Of a DNA stretch of 64,000 nt, positions 55,941 to 64,000 are shown piece by piece. Below the pieces are notes generated by a model. The model was not told where the DNA came from. It did not search any database and worked only from the letters and a program-made list of their open reading frames with translations. Origin of the DNA: Octopus vulgaris (lineage: Eukaryota); NCBI GenBank assembly GCA_951406725.2, contig OX597821.1, positions 3,658,001-3,722,000 of the forward strand, written 5' to 3'. Each line of letters begins with the position of its first letter. Positions within the stretch are counted from its first letter, which is position 1. The translations under genes were made by a program, and so were the position numbers.

Positions 55941-56086
55941 TTATCGTGGTAGTTATAATAACAACATTTGTGCCATTGAAAGAAAATTCCTTGGGACATT
56001 ACGTTATTGAGCAGAAAAAGCTACAGAGGAAATATGAGAATGGATGGACTTGAACTTACTCCGTAGAGAGCCGTAAATAATCTTTT

Positions 56087-56697
56087 ATACTCTGGGCACA
56101 AGTCATGAAATTTATGGAGAAGGAACCAGTCGATCAAATCGAGTCCAGTAAGCAAGTGGTACTTTATTTATCAACCCCGAACGAATGAAAAGCAAAGTCG
56201 ACCTCGGCGGAATTTGACCTCAGAACGTAACGGCAGACGAAATATCGCTAAACATTTCACCCGGCGTGTTGATGTTTCTTATTTCATAATTACCCACAAA
56301 GGGCTAAACATAGAGGGGACAAACAAGGACAGACAAAGGGATTGAGTCGATTACATCGACCCCAGTGCGCAACTGGTACTTAATTTATCGACCCCGAAAC
56401 GATGAAAGGCAAAGTCGACCTCGGCGGAATTTGAACTCAGAACGTAACGGCAGACGAAATACCTATTTCTTTACTACCCACAAGGGGCTAAACACAGAGA
56501 GGACAATCAAGGACAGACAAACGGATTAAGTCGATTATATCGACCCCAGTGCGAAACTGGTACTTATTTAATCGACCCCGAAAGGATGAAAGCCAATGTC
56601 GACCTCGGCGGAATTTGAACTCAGAATGTAACGGCAGACAAAGTACGGATACGCATATCGCCCGGCGTGCTAACGTTTCTGCCAGATCGCCGACTTG
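56087..56697 (-). mobile_element. Head-to-tail trimer of SINE family 2 (units about 56087-56279, 56280-56463, 56464-56697)
   Basis: Core AAAGTCGACCTCGGCGGAATTTGAACTCAGAACGTAACGGCAGAC repeated three times; 184 bp period between units 2 and 3. Confidence 0.88.
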
Positions 56698-56814
56698 ACA
56701 GCCGTAAATAATAGCTAGAGTTTAAGTATCATGTTTTCTAATATAGTCACAAAAAGTAGCGAAGTGACAGTATCGTTAGGACCACAGGCGAATTGTTTAT
56801 AGATACATCTTCTG

Positions 56815-56935
56815 ACTTCACGTTCTATTATTCTTTTGGTGTCGATAAAATAAGTACCAGTTGAGCATTGGGGTTGATGCTATCATCTAACTCGTTTCGA
56901 CGGAATTGCTAGTCTCGTGCCAAATTTTAAAACCA
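56815..56935 (+). mobile_element. SINE family 2 fragment
   Basis: GTCGATAAAATAAGTACCAGTTGAGCATTGGGGTTGAT. Confidence 0.65.
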
Positions 56936-58118
56936 ATCTACGTAAAAAGTTGGCAATTTAGGAGTAGAGATCTAGTCAGTTAAAAGACCCGCTAATAAAT
57001 ATGAAACACTTTATTTGACTACGACCAAATATGAAATCATAACATAAATATACGTTATTAAAATGCCGCATAGAATGAAGTTGGCGTGTATCAGGTCTGC
57101 CGATTCAGAGAATGACAGTTATAATATCAAGAAGAATAACAATAGTGTCTTAAAAATAATTGACGCATCCACGATCATATTGATAAAACTATAAAAATAA
57201 AACCGTATCTGTTACGTGTTTCATTGTTTATTAACCTTTGATAGACATATAATAACGCAGTATACATTCAAACATCATAAATTTTTTTAATCATTGCTGA
57301 TATGGAAGAAAGATATTTGATAGCTTTTCTATGATAATTTCTAACGCAATTTCTTTGATAAAGATATCAAAGGAATCAAAGAATATAATGCTGTGATTAA
57401 CAAACATTTATGGGTTTGCTATTTCAGGATTTCCAAGCATTCTGTAAACTAAATCGCTCTATCATTTCAATGAACATATTGTGAGTCAGTTATGCTCTAC
57501 GCTGTTTAGTATAAACCCGCAAAAAGAACGAGCCAATAACTGAAGACCAATTTGTTATAAATAACAACCATCACACTCTTAAATCACTCGCAGCCATCTT
57601 GAAGAAGTTTAATTCGTTCTCCATTTCGTAATTTTCATACGTGTTTTACGGTCAACTCGTAGACCATGTACTTGTGCATAATGCATTTCCATATAACGTA
57701 TATCCTTCTATACTGTGTGAAATGTTTTGACAGAACAAATCGAATGTCTGACAATGCATTGTCGTGTTTACTACGCCTTCTGACATAGACTTTCGTCCCC
57801 ACAAGCCTCGGGGGAGACTAAATAATATATCAGTTTATGATGATGCTTTACTGATCAACAGACTTCTGAGAGTGTTGAACGTAATTCCATGCAATATTTG
57901 TATCGTTATTACTTTTTTAGTTCCTTACTGGAGACAATTGCACCAAACTACTTACGATCATAGCTTTCATTCAGCAAAATATTGGTACAATTGGTTTTGC
58001 TCCTTTGGTAATTATTGTTTATCCATAAAATAAACCTCCCTGATTTCCTCTTTCGTTTTGTACAAACATTTTCAACACTAAGAAAAGTAAATCTTAGAAA
58101 ACGATAGCATGTCTTCAT

Positions 58119-58500
58119 AGGAGTGGCTGTATGATAAGTAGCTTGCTTACCAACCACATGGTTTCGGGTTCAGACCCACTGCATGGCACCTTAGGCAAGT
58201 GTCTTCTACTATAGCCTCGGGCCGACCAATGCCTTGTGAGTGGATTTGGTAGACGGAAACAGAAAGAAGCCCGTCGTATATATGTATTTATATATATATA
58301 TATATACATTTGAGTGCGTATATGTTTGTGTGTCAATGTTTGTTCCTCCATTATCGCTTGACAGACGATGCTGGTGTGTTTACGTCCCCGTTCGGCAAAA
58401 GGGACCGAGTGAATAAGTCCTGGGGTCGATTTGCTCGACTAAAGGCGGTGCTCCAGCATGGACACAGTCAAATTACTAAAACGAGTAAAAGAGTAAATGA
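58119..58500 (+). mobile_element. SINE family 1
   Basis: GGAGTGGCTGTATGATAAGTAGCTTGCTTACCAACCACATGG...GAGTAAAAGAGT. Confidence 0.88.
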
Positions 58501-59039
58501 GAGTGTGTTCTTAATTCATTCTGTTCATATATTAATGTACGCATATATTTTCCTATAGGTGATTTCTATAGAGTCCCAGCACACAATTACGTCTGACAAC
58601 GATGATTTCTAAGATATTAACACAAAAAGCCAGTAATATGCATGCGTCTTGTGTGTCGGATGGTTGTTTCTCAAGCAAATATGGCCTGTTCAATTGTAAT
58701 ATGCTTTTGCAACTTGTGTATGGTAATTTTGTAGTTGCGAACAGGCCCGCATCCCCCTTTCCTGGATCGATTTGAACGTCGTTGATATGACAGCCGCGAA
58801 GTTATAATAAAACGAGCCTGATGTATATTCACATTCTTGTTGACTGGAGAAACACAAAATATATTTCCTTGCATAAAGGCACGAGCGTAGGCTGCTCCGA
58901 GAATAAAACTCACGGCATTCCGGCCGTCTGTACAGCACCGCGACAGTAACACGGAATTTAAGTTTCTTAAGTAAAATGTGTATGGAGAATAAAAACAGAT
59001 ATTACATATATTATAGTTCTACAATACAAGGAAAACCTA

Positions 59040-59760
59040 TATCTATATATATAATAAAACGGAAGATGTGTGTATGCGCGCGCACGTGTGTAGGGGCCTT
59101 TTACTTCATCCACCTTAAAATCAATATTTTTCATCCAATTACGTTCACGCTGGGAACATACACCACTTACGATCCAGAGATGATCATAGACTCTTCAAAT
59201 ATTCCACATAATGAGTAATGCCGCCCCCAGGAGACGGAAACACCTCATAGGTAAATAACAAAAAGTAACCATCATTGCTTCAATGGACGTTACTTTTGAT
59301 GACGGAGTTATGCTACTTTCACTTCGTCTTTCACTACTGTTTTTACAATACTCATTCACTGAAAACCTCCGATATTTGCACACTAGCACTTCCTTCAGGT
59401 AGCCATGCAATTTAAATCTACTTTTAATTATACTTCAAATGCCTTCAGAAATTATTCATATAATATATCTACACCACTTTTACACATACAAAGTTGTGAC
59501 AGTTATACAGATTTTACAATGCCCAGTCCTTGCAAACTGCCGATATTTGCACGTTAGCTCGTCCTTGATATAGCCATGCACTTTACTTCAACATTTAATA
59601 ATTTCTTAAATGCCTTAATACAACATTCATCCAGAATGCCCAAAGGCTCAACTGTTTCAACCCTTCCTAAGGCTATTCTGACAATTTTCTGAAACCACGA
59701 CAGATATCATTCAGGCATCGTCTTAACCCACCCCCTCTACTTTCACTTTCCAGATAACCT
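59040..59760 (+). mobile_element. Possible Helitron-like remnant with internal ~171 bp-spaced duplication
   Basis: Starts A|TCTATATATATAATAAAA followed by GT-rich sequence; 59369-59447 resembles 59540-59618. No CTRR 3' end identified. Confidence 0.3.
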
Positions 59761-59773
59761 TGCAATCCCCTCT

Positions 59774-59817
<44 letters not shown>

Positions 59818-59822
59818 TATAT

Positions 59823-60031
59823 ATAAAGTTAATCCAAACATGAAAACACAAAGAGAAAATACAACAACGCGAGGACGTGGAACAAATATAGTATTATTGG
59901 ACGCTCAGGAAGGATGGGAAGAAGGAGGGTTTCTCGAGCGGAGCTCTTCATCAGAAACATAGGAAATGGAAAGATCCAGGGAAGGGAAGACGGAGGGAAA
60001 AATCGCCAACGGTACACACGCGGTCACATTT
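59823..60031 (-). mobile_element. Solo PLE pLTR (family of 15785 and 44966) in (TA)n
   Basis: Homologous to 44966-45182. CTGATGAAGAGCTCCGCTC is retained but the GAAACGT part is damaged. Confidence 0.75.
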
Positions 60032-60119
60032 TATATATATATACGCACAATTTGTATTAGTAAAATTAGTCTTAACGACAGTAGTCAAACTGGTAACCAC
60101 GCTGCAATCAGAAGTGAAG

Positions 60120-60132
60120 TCAGCAGCAGCAA

Positions 60133-60173
<41 letters not shown>

Positions 60174-60210
60174 ATAGTAGTAGTAGTAGTAGTAGTAATA
60201 ATAATTGCAG
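60120..60210. repeat. (AGC)n/(AGT)n microsatellite
   Basis: Read directly; explains the poly-Ser ORF. Confidence 0.9.
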
Positions 60211-60997
60211 CAGCAGAAGTAGCAGTGCAATTATTATTACTAGCAGTAATAAATTTTTTTTTTGCTTAGTTTGACCTTAAATAAAGCGTTTCAGATATCA
60301 AAATGTACTGTAAAACATTATTATTCACACCGGCGGCTGTATTTCCATAAAAAAGCAACATAATGATAAATCTAACGCACAATAAACAATAGCTAAAAAC
60401 AACCCTCAAGTCCCATTTTTGTTTTTGAGAGTTTTATCATTTTTTTCATCAGTTTTCTTATGTCTTAAAAATTAAATCACTCAATAACATTCTAGGCTAT
60501 ATGTCTGCGTGTATATACGCAAACGTGTTCATGGTTGTCTTTGAGTGTATATGTGTATGTGTATGTGTTAGTTTAAGCATTTATGTTATTTTTTGATATT
60601 TGTGTTGAGGGCGTTTTAACTTCCGGATTTATATTTCATTTTTCATGCCATTAGTAATCCACTTGTGTTTGTGTTTGGAAGTTTAGTAATTTACATTGAA
60701 AACGCTCGAAGAGAAAATGAAATGACAATTAAAAGAACATACGTTACTAAAAATATAAAATGTAGCCTTTTACAAAACAAATCTATATAACTGAAGGCAT
60801 TTTACGCGTGATTTTCTGAGAAGCGAAGATCAGCGGAAAGAAAAAAAAACTGTAGTAGTGAATTGTACGCTTTTCCACAATTAGTAAATTCTTTATTTTT
60901 TAAAGTTATTTCAGTTAAAATTAGTAGAAAGTATTCTTTCTTTTTTCAGTTGCCACTATAATGAATAATCAACAACAATATTAAAAATAATAATCAT

Positions 60998-61165
60998 GGT
61001 TTCAAATTTTTGCACAAAGCCGGCAATTTCAAGTGAGGTTTTATGTCAACTACATCGTCCCCAGAAAACAAATGGTACTATTTTATCGACACTTAAATAA
61101 TGAAAAGCAATGTCGACCTCGTGAAATGTGAACTTAGAACATAACCAGGTGACAATTCTGTCATC
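60998..61165 (-). mobile_element. Degenerate SINE family 2
   Basis: GGTACTATTTTATCGAC...ATGAAAAGCAATGTCGACCTCG...GAACTTAGAAC. Confidence 0.6.
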
Positions 61166-61214
61166 TTACTGGTTTCAGAATAATGATACAGTACCAAGTA
61201 GTAGACCTCATGGA

Positions 61215-61690
61215 TTCTGAACTCAACTGACTGGAAGTGTTAACGTGTGCATATTTTAACTTCATATGAAAGATGGGCTACAGCAAATATTCTGCTCAAT
61301 ACGATAGATTCGCTTGTGCGTTGTTTGACCTTAAATAGTTGAGCATATTCCTTAGTGTCTGACGATTTGTGCACCTCTGACAATGAGCAGGAGTAGTGGG
61401 GCAGCATATATAACTATGTATTGAGAAGAATTTCTTAGGGTTTAAATAATTCGCCTCTGCGAACACAGGTGTTTTATCCATCATCCTTAAACAAACCTTA
61501 TTGAGGGTCCATTTGAGCCGGATGGACTACCTGCAAGGTCATGCATGATCTATCTTTACATGGCATTACCATTTCGCGTACATATGACTGTGATGCATGT
61601 TCGTACTGTACCCTTATCAGACGGAGAGTCCTGCTGTGTAGAGTGGGCTTCGCATATTTATACACCAGTGTCACTTTGATGGCATGCGTT
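61215..61690 (+). mobile_element. Copy of the 12172-12695 element, opposite orientation
   Basis: AAAGATGGGCTACAGCAAATATTCTGCTCAATAC...CCAGTGTCACTTTGATGGCATG. Confidence 0.7.
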
Positions 61691-61849
61691 GACAGAACTG
61701 TAAAAACATTGGGGGTTGTGCTTCCCGGAATATGAAATGAGGCAGGCACGTACGTGGTAGTGAGACATAATTACCTGTTGGTGAATGAGTTACGTACTTT
61801 GAACTTAGTAGGTATAACTATATTGATATTGTGGAGCTGCACGAATTTC

Positions 61850-62000
61850 TAAATGAGAAGCTGAAATGTGTAAAGAGCTTGAAGAGTCTTGGATGGGCCT
61901 GTTATGAATTACAGTGCGCCAATTCTAAATAAGAGCAAAGGAGAGATAAAAAATGTTGGAAGGCCTCACACAAAATCAGATCTTGACAGTTATGCATTGT
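61850..62000 (+). mobile_element. Decayed Dong/R4 RT C-terminal fragment
   Basis: PVMNYSAPILNKSKGEIKNV and HTKSDLD align by eye with PVVTYSYNVLNWNMSEVKNI and HPKADVD of the 8.5 kb ORF. Confidence 0.5.
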
Positions 62001-62319
62001 AGCGAAAAGGAAGTTATATAGCTACGTAGTCCGGAGTACCTAGGAGGGTAAAAATCATGTGCGCTTATTGAATGAAGGTCTTTAGATTAGAAGTAGAAAT
62101 GATAATGGACATTATCATTGATATTGCTTTCCTTATAATTATAATTATTAGTACACGTACAATTATTGCATGTTGAATTAATAATTGAATTAATATATTT
62201 GGTTGGTAAATTTTTGGGCCTTTACTATTCGTGGATTTCAAGTATTTCATATCTTCAGCTGCTAGAGTTATCAAGACTGATATTTGAATGTCTTTTTAAG
62301 ATAGATATTTATGCAAGTA

Positions 62320-62351
<32 letters not shown>

Positions 62352-62352
<1 letters not shown>

Positions 62353-62768
62353 GTGAGAGAGCAGCGCATGCCATCAAAGGTACACTGGAGTAAAATATAC
62401 GAAACCCAGTATACCCATCTTGACTACATATCTGATAAGAGTAAACCAGGTACATGCATCACAACTATATGTGCTCGACATGGTGATCTCATATCAAGAT
62501 AAACAGCACATTACCTTGCAGGTGGGGCCCAGTTAGAATTTGCTTCAGGTCGAGTAGTCCCTCTCGCTCAAAAGATCACTGAATAAGGATTGTTTAAAGA
62601 TGTTGAACGAACCACCCATGTTTCTAAAGGTGAATTATCCAAACTTCTAAGAATTTCTTTCAACGCACGGCTATGATGCTCCCCCACTACTTCTGCTTGT
62701 GATCAGAGATGCACATATCGTCAGCCACTAAGGGACATGGTCAACTGACAAACACATCTGTGGTATTG

Positions 62769-62810
<42 letters not shown>

Positions 62811-62955
62811 GTTATTCTATGCTTGACTTTTGCTTTACATTTGTGCAAGTTGACTCCCAGAGACCTCAAGAGACAAGTTGGAAGTCCATGTTGGTGTTAT
62901 GCCTAAGGTACCATATATTTGGTTCTGTACTTAGTGTTGTACTAGTGAATGTTTA
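62352..62955 (-). mobile_element. Two (TTA)n-embedded elements homologous to 12172-12610 and 12784-12879
   Basis: 62352-62770, then (TTA)n, then 62815-62955. Confidence 0.7.
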
Positions 62956-63071
62956 AGAATTATTATTATTATTAACAACAACAACAGCAATAATAATAAT
63001 AATAATGTTATCTACCATGACATTAATGCTGTTGATGATGATGATATATTTCGAGGTACTTCTCCTTATGA

Positions 63072-63421
63072 TTATTACTCCGCCATTGTGTTCAGTCGTG
63101 TTTGTTTGTTTGTTTGTCCCTGGAGAAGATATCCCAAGAATCGCTGGATGGATTCGGACGAAAGTTTCAGAGATGCTTACACTTGTGATAGGCACGAACT
63201 GATTAGATTTTGGGATCGATACTGGACAAGGCTCTGGATTATTTTCCTGTTTCTTTTTACTTGATTTTTTATTGCGGTCGGCTTCATTTTTAATATTCAA
63301 GATTGTGAGAGTAGTCGAGTTTATTTCAGATATTCTCATTTTAAAAATCACCCCTGGCTAATAGTTGGGAGGACGTTGCTGTCACCTTGGCGGAGGTTTG
63401 CGCTCTCGGAGTGCTCTTGTT
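63072..63421 (+). mobile_element. Helentron-associated non-autonomous element (HINE/DINE-1-like)
   Basis: 5' TTACTCCGCCA, (GTTT)n microsatellite, subterminal inverted TTGGCGGAG, 3' stem-loop GCGCTC-TCG-GAGTGC, ends in TT. Confidence 0.7.
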
Positions 63422-64000
63422 ATTATTATTATGATAATAACTAATAGTCACACTTTTCAACGTTGTCTTCTTAAATGACGAAGCAATATGTATACAAAAA
63501 ATTCCTAAAGTAAAGAGAAAAAAATCTCTGTTTTGTTAGAAAATTAACAATAGAAACATACGGAAGTCGCATCGCTCGCAGTTAATGCTATATACAAAAA
63601 ATGCATTATGTTTTTTATTACCATTGTTATTGTAGCAAATGCATCAAGTATTTCTAATGTAATTCTTCTCAATATACTATGCGATCTGCTAATATATTGA
63701 ATAAAGTTCAGCCAATCGAATATATGTTTTGCCTCTTACCCATGAATATCTGTGTGAGCATGGATGTAAGTAACAGTGCGTGTGAACGCTAGGTTATCAT
63801 TTTCTAAGCCACAATTAAAGTCATTGTTCCTTCCGAAAATGCTTATAATAAGTCCATTTTGCGCCCTATGATACCTTAATAGATGTCCCCGTATGATAAA
63901 TGAATTGTATGTGGAATATATATAGTATTATATTTATTCCTTAATTTCTATTTTGAGTTCCTAGGGTAGTGCGTCGGTACTCTTTTACTCTTTTACTTGT

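Noticed and set aside
56087-56697. CRISPR-like repeat-spacer array
   Set aside because: Units are ~185 bp SINE copies with homologous 'spacers'; eukaryotic context, no cas genes.

Overview
AT-rich, apparently gene-free eukaryotic DNA. Its dense (TA)n/(TG)n/(TACA)n/(TATC)n/(TTA)n microsatellites and tRNA-derived SINEs resemble coleoid cephalopod (Octopus-like) sequence; this is an inference. I found no host exon, and almost all listed ORFs are microsatellite or SINE artefacts. Recognisable coding remnants all belong to transposable elements: a CR1/L2-group LINE (4.9-6.5 kb), a near-intact 5'-truncated R4/Dong-clade LINE with a restriction-like endonuclease inside (TAA)n (8.3-11.5 kb) plus further Dong fragments, an RTE LINE (46.6-48.3 kb), mariner and Tc1 relics, and Helentron-type non-autonomous elements. 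The most striking non-coding signal is about a dozen short Penelope-like element (PLE) remnants, nearly all next to (TA)n. Most are long inverted repeats or palindromes, and they carry minimal type I hammerhead ribozyme motifs (stemI-CUGANGA-stemII-GAAA-palindrome-UA/UC-stemI). Those at 50072-50114, 7894-7971, their mirror copies and 50399-50505 have an intact catalytic core. The stem III palindrome differs between families (CAAUUG, CAUAUG, CGAUCG, CAGCUG, CCGG, CG) but stays self-complementary, which suggests family-specific dimeric self-cleavage. All coordinates were read by eye and repeat boundaries are approximate.
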